Source: Promethearchaeota archaeon (GTDB lineage: Archaea; Asgardarchaeota; Lokiarchaeia; Sigyniarchaeales; SOKP01). Taken from it: a stretch of 38,275 bases of DNA. This document shows positions 1-9,496 of this stretch, one piece after another. The stretch spans positions 1-38,275 of the forward strand of contig JAEOTZ010000029.1 of assembly GCA_016839585.1 (NCBI GenBank), given 5' to 3'. Under the pieces are notes generated by a model. That model was not told where the DNA came from. It saw only the letters and a list, made by a program, of their open reading frames with translations, and searched no databases. Numbering within the stretch: the stretch's first letter is position 1; each line of letters starts with the position of its first letter. The position numbers were made by a program, and so were the translations under genes.

Positions 1-390
1 TTAAAATTTGATTTTGAATGTACAGATGGAAATTATACGGGATTAAGTCAATATAATTGGAAAATAACTATTAATGGGACTGATTATGGAGAATTTAAAT
101 TCTTAAATAATTTAAGTCAAGTAGAAAATATGAAATTAGCCTCAGGACTAAATGATTATGGTTGGAACACTTCTCTTGATGCTTTTAATTTTTCTTGGGA
201 ACCATTTTATAACATTGATAATTGTATTTTAAACTTGCCATTAGTAATTAACCATTTAAAAACAAATAATATTCAGTATTTTATACTTGACTTAAATAAT
301 TCAGAATTATATAGAGATTTAATATCAACCTTCTACAAGAGAAAATTATATGAGTATGGAGATCTTGCAATATTTACTTCTCTATTTTGA
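1..390 (+). CDS. 3' end of a 5'-truncated CDS; probable extracytoplasmic C-terminal domain of a membrane (GT-C-like) protein
   Basis: Frame 1 is open from base 1 (LKFDFECTDGNYTGLSQYNWKITINGTDYGEFKFLNNLSQVEN-MKLAS...), so the 130 ATG is internal. The tail 'INHLKTNNIQYFILD...LYEYGDLAIF' resembles the C-termini of the 7330, 15519 and 26214 proteins. Confidence 0.6.
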   Translation, partial: LKFDFECTDGNYTGLSQYNWKITINGTDYGEFKFLNNLSQVENMKLASGLNDYGWNTSLDAFNFSWEPFYNIDNCILNLPLVINHLKTNNIQYFILDLNNSELYRDLISTFYKRKLYEYGDLAIFTSLF

Positions 391-474
391 CTTATTTTAA
401 AATAACTTTTACAAAATACTCAAAAAAAGATTTTGCAATAATTTTTAGAACCCTTTTATTAAATTTTCAAAAAT

Positions 475-2226
475 TCATGGCATCATATGAGGAGGAGGAG
501 TTTTAAGACAGAATCCGCATTTACCAAATGATTTAATGGTTTGTTCCCAACAATGGTTATGATAGGTTCTTTCACAATAAGGACATGCAGTATAACAAGG
601 TTTTATATCACCAGAGGTCGCAATCTTTACTCCACACGTAGGACAATCGATCTTATGGCAAATGACACAGGACACCACCGAAACTTCGAAGATCTTTTTT
701 GATATTAAATTAAATAAGTCAATGAGATAACTAAAAGGAGTCCATTCATCAAAAAAATCGTCGAAAGAAGAATGGAGGTCATCTCTAATTTTTGCATGCG
801 AGTCTAACTCAAATTCATTTACCACTTTTACTTCAGGCATTTTTGAAGGATATTCTCTTGGTAATTTTATCTGAAACTGGAAAGTTAAATCCTGTGTTTT
901 CATTTTTCCTTTCATTTCCATTGATAAAATTGCTGTTAAAGGATCATAATTTATATTCTGATAATGCTCTTTCAATAAATCAATTTCAAAACTTATTCTT
1001 GAATTTTTATCAAGTAGCCAAGAGACCTCTCTGACAATTTCAACTGGCTCTGATTCATTTTCTTTCCAATTTTTGTAAGAATTTAATTCTATTATTGGAA
1101 TTTCAATGATATTTTTTAAATCAGACGTTAAATCTATTTTAGGAGGATTTGGATAAGTTTCTAAATCAATATCCATTGTATGCTCTTTAAAACCATACGT
1201 TAATAAATGAACTTTTAATTGCGTTATACTATCAGCAATTTTATCGCATTGATATTCACCAAGAATTTTCTTTGATTGATTTTCAATTTCTTTAAGAAAA
1301 TATAATTTCTTCTCAATTTCATGTAAAACGTCTACGATATGGGAAGGAACTTTAATATTCCAATTCTTCAGGGTCTCAATAGATTGATAAGGATCTCCCA
1401 TTATTTTTTTCATCTCATCAGGAATAGAAATTGTTGGTTTTTTAGGATAATCTGTAAAATCTATTCGAACTATAAATGTTTTTGTTAGAGTTATTGTGAT
1501 ATAAACATTAATATCTGCCGTCTTTTTGCCGATTTGATCATAAGCATACTCTTGCTGTATCAATCCTAATTCAGTGTTAATAGCTACACTTGTTTCTTCA
1601 GATTCTTCAAATTTTTGTTCTTGCGGTGGTTTTTCTAATTCATCTTTAGATATTTCAGAAGGAGAGAAGGTTTCTATTTCAAATAAGGTTTCTTTTGATT
1701 GCTCATCATGAAAAATATCTTCAACTGAACTCTCTGGAATAAGATACTCATCAAATTCAAAATCTGGTGGATATGCAGTTAAATCAGGAGTTATATACTC
1801 TTCAGTTTCAGGAGAAATTTCAATATCTTCTGATTTTTGTCCTTTTTTTATTTCAAGGTTAGACTCCTTTTTGGGAACATCAGTTATTGATGCAATTTCT
1901 TGTTCTTCTTTCTTTTTTGAGACTTGTAGCGCATCTTGGATTTTTTCTTTAAGCTCTTGTACAATATCAACAATAGAGGATTCCGGAGACCAATTCATAA
2001 GTTTATCTAATTGAATATTGACCAAAAGTTCTTTAATTTCATCATGAAGTAGAAATTTAGGGGGCTTATCTGGAAAATTTTCACCAAACTTAATTTCCAA
2101 TTCATATTTTTTTACTGGAGTTTCATACACGTAGCCATATAAGTGTGTTATATTTCCCGAAACCATCCAAAATGAAAATTTTTTGGCAATTTTCTGGGCT
2201 TCTCTTAAGATTCTTTTTTTATCCAT
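475..2226 (-). CDS. Tandem UEV/RWD (E2-fold, no catalytic Cys) x4 plus C-terminal RING-variant zinc finger; putative E3 ubiquitin ligase/adaptor
   Basis: Four repeats carry the E2/RWD (F/Y)PxxP(P) motif (FPDKPP, YPKKP, YPNPP, YPSKMP) and a downstream Trp (WSP, WNI, WKE, WTP). N-terminal helix KRILRE; acidic linker about aa 100-210; C-terminal CxxC..CxxC..CxxC-x4-HxxC..CxxC. Confidence 0.8.
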   Translation of the reverse strand: MDKKRILREAQKIAKKFSFWMVSGNITHLYGYVYETPVKKYELEIKFGENFPDKPPKFLLHDEIKELLVNIQLDKLMNWSPESSIVDIVQELKEKIQDALQVSKKKEEQEIASITDVPKKESNLEIKKGQKSEDIEISPETEEYITPDLTAYPPDFEFDEYLIPESSVEDIFHDEQSKETLFEIETFSPSEISKDELEKPPQEQKFEESEETSVAINTELGLIQQEYAYDQIGKKTADINVYITITLTKTFIVRIDFTDYPKKPTISIPDEMKKIMGDPYQSIETLKNWNIKVPSHIVDVLHEIEKKLYFLKEIENQSKKILGEYQCDKIADSITQLKVHLLTYGFKEHTMDIDLETYPNPPKIDLTSDLKNIIEIPIIELNSYKNWKENESEPVEIVREVSWLLDKNSRISFEIDLLKEHYQNINYDPLTAILSMEMKGKMKTQDLTFQFQIKLPREYPSKMPEVKVVNEFELDSHAKIRDDLHSSFDDFFDEWTPFSYLIDLFNLISKKIFEVSVVSCVICHKIDCPTCGVKIATSGDIKPCYTACPYCERTYHNHCWEQTIKSFGKCGFCLKTPPPHMMP

Positions 2227-2672
2227 CTGAAATCATTAAAAAATCAACATTTTTCTTATATAAAAAGAATTAAAATATACTCTTAAAAATATTTTTAAAA
2301 GTAATATTTATAAATTAAACCTATTTATGGAAAGAGTTGCTTCTTTTAAAATTTAAAAAATTAAATTATTAAATAATTGAAAAAGGATAATATTCTATAA
2401 CTTTTTTCCTGCTAAATTAAATCTTAAAATCTCTTTCTGAGAACATATGATAATATTAAGCAATAGGGGATCAGAAGATTTATAGTTTTCAATTTCCTCC
2501 TAATTATTCTTATTGATCGTATTTACTTTAATCACTTTATATCTTTTTAATTTTTCATTTAATTAAGGCAGTTTTGAAAAAGACTATTTAAGCATTAATT
2601 ATATATATAAAATTAATAAGTAAAACAATCCAAAATATATAAGATCCAAATAATAGATTTTGATTATATAAA

Positions 2673-3638
2673 TTGAATACATATAAAATTAGTTTAATAT
2701 TTACTGTAAAAAATGAAGAAAAAACTATAAAATCATTATTAGATTCAATTTTAATTCAAACTAAGATGCCAGATGAGATAATTATTGTTGATGGAGGATC
2801 TTTTGATAAAACAGTAAAAATTATTGAGAAGTATAAGCATCTACTACCTATTAAAATTATTATAAAAAAGGGAGCTAATGTTCCAGAGGGACGAAATATA
2901 GGCATATCAAATTCCAAATACCCAATAATTGCTGTGACAGATGGTGGTTGTGTACTAGATAAGAATTGGGTTTTTGAGATTACCGAACCATTCAAATATA
3001 AGACTATTGATATAGTATCAGGTAAATATATTGCTACAGGGGACTCTTTACTTCAAAAATTGACTGGAATATTATTGATGTACGATTTTAATAAAGTGGA
3101 TTCTGCCACGTTCTCTCCTTCAAGTAGATCGATTGCCTTTAAAAAATCTGCTTGGGAGCAAGTTAAGGGTTACCCTGAATGGTTAATAAGTGGTGAGGAT
3201 ACTTATTTTAATGATAAATTAAGAAAAATCGGGAAAGTATTTTATTTAAACAAAAATGCTATAGTATATTGGGAGCCACGTGATAATTTAATAAAATTAT
3301 TTAAACAATATTTTCAATATTCCTATTATGATGCAATTGGTTTAATCAATCCTGGATATTATTTCCTTAGGATAGCTTCTTGGTTTATTTTTAGTTTAAT
3401 TCTGATTGAACTATTGTTTTATAGTCTTTTTCAATTACTACCAATTCTATTAATAATCCCTTTCTTTTTACTTTCTTTTAGAGTAATTTACAAATTAAAA
3501 AACAAAATGTTAAATTTAAAAAATTATTGTTACGGTTTAGTAATTTTATCAATTTTTGAATTAGCATTACTTCTTGGGTATTTCAATGGAATTTTTGAAT
3601 CAATTAAACGTTTTTTAAAAATTTTATTACGTAAGTAA
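2673..3638 (+). CDS. GT2 family glycosyltransferase with C-terminal transmembrane helices
   Basis: ISLIFTVKNEE, IIIVDGGSFD, GRNIGI, TDGG (DxD region), GED motif; hydrophobic C-terminus; TTG start. Confidence 0.9.
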   Translation: MNTYKISLIFTVKNEEKTIKSLLDSILIQTKMPDEIIIVDGGSFDKTVKIIEKYKHLLPIKIIIKKGANVPEGRNIGISNSKYPIIAVTDGGCVLDKNWVFEITEPFKYKTIDIVSGKYIATGDSLLQKLTGILLMYDFNKVDSATFSPSSRSIAFKKSAWEQVKGYPEWLISGEDTYFNDKLRKIGKVFYLNKNAIVYWEPRDNLIKLFKQYFQYSYYDAIGLINPGYYFLRIASWFIFSLILIELLFYSLFQLLPILLIIPFFLLSFRVIYKLKNKMLNLKNYCYGLVILSIFELALLLGYFNGIFESIKRFLKILLRK

Positions 3639-3706
3639 TTCCTTTTACAAATATCTTTGCCAGAATCATAGAAAAATTAAATCTTTATTGATTCTGAAGA
3701 TTAACG

Positions 3707-5038
3707 TTAAAAAATATTATCTCCTATAAATAATTGAAAATAAAGATATAAAATTAAAAATACTAAGGCAATAACATGAGTTATAATATATATATACACA
3801 ACTCCAAAAATTTCAAAAATTATAATAAAAAAGGGTTCAAATACTACTATGATCATTAATTCAATTATAATAATTAATGTTAAAATTTTTGGTTTATCAA
3901 TTTTATATATTATCGTTGATAGAGGATTAATTATAAAACTTAATCCTACCACAGGAATCAAAATTTGAAAAATTGGAATTGAATTAACGTAAGTATCACT
4001 TAAAATTAATAGAAGTATATAAGGGGCAATAAATATTAATGGAATAATTGCTATAAATAATAAAGTAGAATATTTAAGAATTAATTTATAAGTATTTTTA
4101 ATTTCTTTAATATTTGTTAGACTTGAAATTTTTGGCAACAATATAAATGTAATTGAATTTGTTAAAATTGTAATAATCTGAGTCATTTGATAACCTGCTG
4201 AATAAAAACCTACTGCTGATGAATCCATAAATAAATTAAGGTAAAATAAATCAATTCGATTAAAAAACATTGAACATAGGTTCGTAATTATTACAAAAAT
4301 ATTAAATTTCATAATCTTTTTATATTTTAAATTTGTAGATTTAGAGAAGAGAAATGTATTATCAATTAATAAGAATGCAATTATAAAAATTAGAAATGGT
4401 AATATGCTATAAATTATAATTGCACTTAATACAGTTAAGCTTGAATGAAAAATAAGAATTAAAAGCAAGATCAAATTTAAAATGTTATAGAAATTAATAT
4501 AAACCACATAATTTTTAAATTTTTGTTTAGATTGTAAATAGGTTTTAATAAATTCGAACAGTGAAATCCCTATTCCTCCTATAAAAATAATTACTAAAGA
4601 TATCGTTAATTTTACATTATTTAGAATATATTTGGAGATTGTATATGAGAAGATTATACCACAGATACAAATAATTAAAGAACTAATTAATCTGACCATA
4701 AATGAAATTTTAATTAAGTTACTTGTCTTATCAAATTCTCCTTTGGAGATGAATTCTGAGTAAAATTTTACTAAACTTATCCCCAATCCAAAATCTGATA
4801 TAATTATTATTATAGATAAAATAGCATACAATAAAGAAAAATTTCCATATTCATATGGTCCCAGATACCGGGCTATTAATGTCATATTAATAAAACTTAT
4901 ACCAGCGAAAGTTGTATTGCCTAAAAATATATAAATAAGATCAATTTGCGCTTTAGATTTAAAAAAATTGAAATGTCCCATAATAAATTTAAAAATTAAT
5001 TTATTATTAGAATTTAGGTATTTGATCATAATAATCAA
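3707..5038 (-). CDS. Wzx/RfbX-type oligosaccharide flippase (MOP superfamily)
   Basis: IARYLGPYEYGNFSL, DFGL, RIDLFYL..., VGFYSAG motifs; about 12 hydrophobic segments. The true start may be the downstream MGHF (~4981). Confidence 0.85.
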   Translation of the reverse strand: MIIMIKYLNSNNKLIFKFIMGHFNFFKSKAQIDLIYIFLGNTTFAGISFINMTLIARYLGPYEYGNFSLLYAILSIIIIISDFGLGISLVKFYSEFISKGEFDKTSNLIKISFMVRLISSLIICICGIIFSYTISKYILNNVKLTISLVIIFIGGIGISLFEFIKTYLQSKQKFKNYVVYINFYNILNLILLLILIFHSSLTVLSAIIIYSILPFLIFIIAFLLIDNTFLFSKSTNLKYKKIMKFNIFVIITNLCSMFFNRIDLFYLNLFMDSSAVGFYSAGYQMTQIITILTNSITFILLPKISSLTNIKEIKNTYKLILKYSTLLFIAIIPLIFIAPYILLLILSDTYVNSIPIFQILIPVVGLSFIINPLSTIIYKIDKPKILTLIIIIELMIIVVFEPFFIIIFEIFGVVYIYIITHVIALVFLILYLYFQLFIGDNIF

Positions 5039-5167
5039 AGTGTTTAAAAAATATTTTACTTAGAAATAATTTCAATTTTAAAACAAAATTGAAAATAGAG
5101 AGAGTTCAATTTTGTGAAGAATTATTGTGCAATAATGGAATTTTGAAATTATGACCCATATAGATAC

Positions 5168-6217
5168 TTAAACTTGATGAATGATATTTGTATTATCATT
5201 TGAGTCATTTTTAAGAATGCTATAGATAATTTCTGAAAAGTAATTAGGATTTCTGCTTTCTATTAGATAACAATTGGAATTTTTAACAACCTCAGACAAG
5301 ATATTTTCCTCCAAGTTTAATAAATCATTTAAATCCTTTTTAGAATTCAAATAAAAATACATATATATCATATCAGATAATCTTCCTAATTCGGATTTAT
5401 TAATATATAGTATTTTTTGAAATGCAAGAGTTTTGTTAATCTTTTTCCATCGTTGTTGTGAATTTTCTATTATAAAAGCTTTAGTGATTTTTATTTTATC
5501 TTTAATTGATACATCTAAGGCTTTATAAATGTCTTTAGCATCAATAGGACCCAAATATGCTGAAATAAATGGAATTTCCGTTAATATAGTTCTTAATTTT
5601 CCCATCTGGAATAAATTCTTAGATTTTTTATTCAGATATCCAGCAAATTTAAGAGTTCGATAATTTATTAAACGTGGTAAACAATAAGCATATCCTTTCC
5701 CATCTAAAATTATAAAATCATCCGATAAATAACATGTTGAATTATTTTTTAAACATCTCAATACTGTGGTAGTCTTTCCGGTATCTGCAAATGCTGAAAT
5801 TAATACCCCTTCATCTTTATATGATATGCAAGCAGAATGTAGCAGACTATATCCTTTTATCAAAAATTTTAGTTGCAATAATGAATTTATAAAATCATGA
5901 AAACTTATTGGAAGTCTGGTGTAATAGTATGCTTTATTCATCAATAATTCAGTTTTTCCTTGTAAATTTTTTAATAAAGCTCTTGTTCTAAAGCCACCAA
6001 TTTTATTTTCAAGATATATCAGATTGCCATTCTCTATTCCATAATAGTATAAACCAATTTTTTTATATTCATTTGTTTTTATGTTAAAATCTTTAAGTAA
6101 TTTAATATCTAAATCATAATCACATTTATCAACTTTAAAGTAATTAAACCAAAGATCCAAATTTGATCGAACCTTTAATATCCCATGAAAATCATAATAA
6201 TATTGTAATTTGAGCAC
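5168..6217 (-). CDS. HprK-related P-loop kinase
   Basis: LLHSACI...GVLISAFADTGKTTT (Walker A) followed by YLSDD: the H...GKT...DD signature of the HPr kinase/PEPCK-like fold. GTG start. Confidence 0.7.
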   Translation of the reverse strand: MLKLQYYYDFHGILKVRSNLDLWFNYFKVDKCDYDLDIKLLKDFNIKTNEYKKIGLYYYGIENGNLIYLENKIGGFRTRALLKNLQGKTELLMNKAYYYTRLPISFHDFINSLLQLKFLIKGYSLLHSACISYKDEGVLISAFADTGKTTTVLRCLKNNSTCYLSDDFIILDGKGYAYCLPRLINYRTLKFAGYLNKKSKNLFQMGKLRTILTEIPFISAYLGPIDAKDIYKALDVSIKDKIKITKAFIIENSQQRWKKINKTLAFQKILYINKSELGRLSDMIYMYFYLNSKKDLNDLLNLEENILSEVVKNSNCYLIESRNPNYFSEIIYSILKNDSNDNTNIIHQV

Positions 6218-6609
6218 CTTTTCTAATTAAATAATTGTATGTAAAAACTATAAATTAAAAGATAATTGGATATGGTTGAAATATTTATTATCTTTCATTA
6301 AAGAAAAAATGATTAATTTTTTAAATTCTTTTTAGGATAACATTAAAAAATTAAGATTTAATAAAAATTCAATTTATATTTATTTTTTAGAAGTTATTGG
6401 AATAATAATAAATTAAAGTCTAACTAAATTTCAAAGTTATAATAGAATAAATTACTCTACTTCTTTAGCTGAAATTAAATTAATTTAGAGTAAATTATTG
6501 ATATTAGAACTTGAATTTATTTAAGTTATATGATAATTTTTAGATCTATAAGATATTTTAAAATATAAATTTAAATGAGTTATAATTAGATTTAATTCTG
6601 TATTTAAAA

Positions 6610-7149
6610 ATGGATGAAGAAGAACTCATAATGAAGGATGATTTTCAGGGACTATTTGATAATCAAGAAACAGTGCATTATTGTTTAAAATCTATAAGTG
6701 AGATAAAGAAAAAATCATTAGAGCAGATTCCAAGGCAATTATCAGATTTAATAATTTCACAAATAATTGTTTATTTATTAATTCTATCGGCGATAATTGC
6801 GTTTATAATTTTTAATCTTATGAATTTAAACTATTCTATTATTTTAATCGATGTTGGAATTATATATTTAAGTTTTTTATCATTAAAATACTTAGAAAAT
6901 AAATATTATAAAATCTTAAAAATTAGCAAAAGAAAATTTTACTATTTTATGAAACAAAAGAAAAGAACTGAGGAGTATTCAAAGTTTTACATAATTTTTC
7001 ATTTAATTATAATTATCCTAACTAGTTTCATATTAATCTCTTCTTTAATAGAAAGTAATATAATGAATTTAATTTTTTTATTTGGATTCACTTTAATATA
7101 TATTTATTTTGATAAAGATCTTGAAACTCTTAATGATCGAAAGGATTAA
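6610..7149 (+). CDS. Hypothetical small membrane protein (~4 TM)
   Basis: 179-aa ORF with four hydrophobic stretches separated by a basic loop; no motif recognised. Confidence 0.6.
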   Translation: MDEEELIMKDDFQGLFDNQETVHYCLKSISEIKKKSLEQIPRQLSDLIISQIIVYLLILSAIIAFIIFNLMNLNYSIILIDVGIIYLSFLSLKYLENKYYKILKISKRKFYYFMKQKKRTEEYSKFYIIFHLIIIILTSFILISSLIESNIMNLIFLFGFTLIYIYFDKDLETLNDRKD

Positions 7150-7329
7150 AATTTGAAATCTAAATATAAATTGAATATAAAATTTTAAATAATTAAGAGA
7201 ATCTAATTAATGATATTTAGGAAAAATATTTCACATTTAATAAAAAATATCGAATTGATATTTTAAATAATCATTTTAAATTTTGAAAAGTAATAATGTT
7301 ATTATAAATCAATTCAATTTTTAATAATA

Positions 7330-9402
7330 ATGAGTTTTATAGATATCTATTTTTTGCTCTCAATTTTTGTTTTTTCTTTTTATTTTTGTTTAATATCAAC
7401 CTTTGGATTTGCATTTTTTATCTTCTCAAACAGAGATAACATCAAACAAAAATTAGATTTATCATTAATATTGATTTCTTTTTCTATTGGACTTAGCTTT
7501 CATCTTGTTTATTCTTTTATAATGGCTACTCTAAAAATTTTTAATTTTTATACAATATATTTACCATTTATAGTAATTGATATTTTCCTCTTCTATTATA
7601 TAATAAAAAAAAGAGGGCTTCAAGGAAAAAAGCTTTTTAAAAATTTTAGTTTTATTAATATCTTTAAAAAAATAAAAAATCATCTTCTTGATCTTATAAT
7701 CTTAATCATAATTTTTATAATGTTATACTTACTGCAAATGTATTTTATCTGGCAATCAGTATCTTATCCCGCATGTGATCCTTATTTTTGGTTTGAAAAT
7801 ATTTGGTTTGTTCATGAAAATGGATTTTTAAATTATACTTTAATTGAAACATTTCCTCCTGGTTTTACACTTTTCAATGCGAGTATGATTTTAATTACAG
7901 ATGATTATTATTTAATATATTTTTTCTTGAAATATATTCCAATTTTTTTAGCTGGAATTAATATATTAGTTTTATTTGTGATAGCAAGATCTATTTTTAA
8001 AAATAAAATTAATGTGTTCTTTACTTTAGCAATTTATTTAAGCTTTAATTATCTATCTTATCGTTATCAAATGCTATTACCCTCAACTTTAGCAACCACA
8101 TTAAGTTTTTTATTTCTTCTTTGTTTATTAAAAAAAAATTCAATTACAATATTAGAAACTAAAGGGTTAATACTCTCAGGAATATTTATGACTCATCACC
8201 TTTATTTTTTATATTATTTTATTCTATATTTTTTTTATACAATTATAATTTTAATAAAAAATTTGAATTTTAAAAGAAAAAATAATGTTAATCCAAAATA
8301 CGAAAAAACTGTTTTAATTAAAAAATTCTTTATAAACCAAATTTATATTTATTCAATTGTCCTTATTATGATATTACCATTTTTAGTTATTACATCTATC
8401 AAATTAAATAGTCCTGTTTTAAATTATTACTTTAGTTTTGTAAATCCTCTTTATTTGTTTAATTCTCTTAATGATATAATCAAAATTGGAGATTTCTTTA
8501 TAAAAATAGCAGTTTTATTAATGAATAATTTCTTCTATAATGGCATAAATAATTTCATTTTAAAATTTTTTGAGAGGGGATTTATTTCAAGTTTAGATAT
8601 ATTTTATTTTCAGACATTAGGGATAGGTATAGTATTAATTATTATAAGTTTATTTCTACCATTAAATAAACTCTTTAAATTTAATCCTAAGCAAAAAAAT
8701 ATGTTAACATTCATCAAATTTACATTAATCTTTAGTATATTAAGCTATCTTTTTCTATTTTTACTAGAAAATTATTTAAATATAAGTCTATTTTCAAAAT
8801 TAATATATTTTATTTCTGAGTTCTTTAAAAGATATTTTGAACTATTTGCAGGACTTTGGGCCTTGTTATTTGTGTTAGCATTTAATTTCATATTTATTTA
8901 CATAAAAATAAAATTAAAAAAATTAGTAAAAATAACAAGAAATAAAAAGAAAATCCTTAGAAAGTTATACTCTATTACATTTTATACACAAATAATCATA
9001 TTAATTAGTTTTTTTTATTTAAGCAATTTTAAAAGAGTTCAATATTTTCAATACTTTTCTGATGGTCACACTGATGTTATTTTATTTGCTGGAAATTATT
9101 TTAACGAAAATCCGCCTAATGATGGAACGGTAATTCTGCTAGAAGAAGTGGAATATAAATATAACTTATGGTATACGAATTATAATTTACTAGCAAATTC
9201 AAAATTGATAAAGATTTATTTTAACTTTACTCATAATTTAACTTATTTAATGTTCAAAGTTTATTATGAATCCTTAAATGTAGAATATACTTTATTCAAT
9301 ATTAATAATCTTACAGAGAGTTTTGTAATTGATTTTGAGTTAGACTTTGATATCCTTTATCATAACAATGATGATTGGTTATTTGCAAAATTAAAATTAT
9401 AG
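7330..9402 (+). CDS. Polytopic membrane protein, GT-C-fold glycosyltransferase-like
   Basis: Many TM helices; first external loop ACDPYFW and FPPGF; THHLY; RYFE; soluble C-terminal domain. Confidence 0.6.
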   Translation: MSFIDIYFLLSIFVFSFYFCLISTFGFAFFIFSNRDNIKQKLDLSLILISFSIGLSFHLVYSFIMATLKIFNFYTIYLPFIVIDIFLFYYIIKKRGLQGKKLFKNFSFINIFKKIKNHLLDLIILIIIFIMLYLLQMYFIWQSVSYPACDPYFWFENIWFVHENGFLNYTLIETFPPGFTLFNASMILITDDYYLIYFFLKYIPIFLAGINILVLFVIARSIFKNKINVFFTLAIYLSFNYLSYRYQMLLPSTLATTLSFLFLLCLLKKNSITILETKGLILSGIFMTHHLYFLYYFILYFFYTIIILIKNLNFKRKNNVNPKYEKTVLIKKFFINQIYIYSIVLIMILPFLVITSIKLNSPVLNYYFSFVNPLYLFNSLNDIIKIGDFFIKIAVLLMNNFFYNGINNFILKFFERGFISSLDIFYFQTLGIGIVLIIISLFLPLNKLFKFNPKQKNMLTFIKFTLIFSILSYLFLFLLENYLNISLFSKLIYFISEFFKRYFELFAGLWALLFVLAFNFIFIYIKIKLKKLVKITRNKKKILRKLYSITFYTQIIILISFFYLSNFKRVQYFQYFSDGHTDVILFAGNYFNENPPNDGTVILLEEVEYKYNLWYTNYNLLANSKLIKIYFNFTHNLTYLMFKVYYESLNVEYTLFNINNLTESFVIDFELDFDILYHNNDDWLFAKLKL

Positions 9403-9496
9403 TTAAAATCGTATTTCAAGTTAATTAATAATTATAAATAAAAATATAAAAAGAAAGTCAAGTTTTTTAAATCAGAATAAAAATAATAGAGCTTTT

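Noticed and set aside
2424-2492. Minus-strand 22-codon ORF (LKTINLLIPYCLILSYVLRKRF) after AGGAGG, within possible decayed coding sequence at 2400-2595
   Set aside because: The SD is only 3 nt from a TTG, the ORF is tiny and the surrounding frames have several stops; no homology could be supported.
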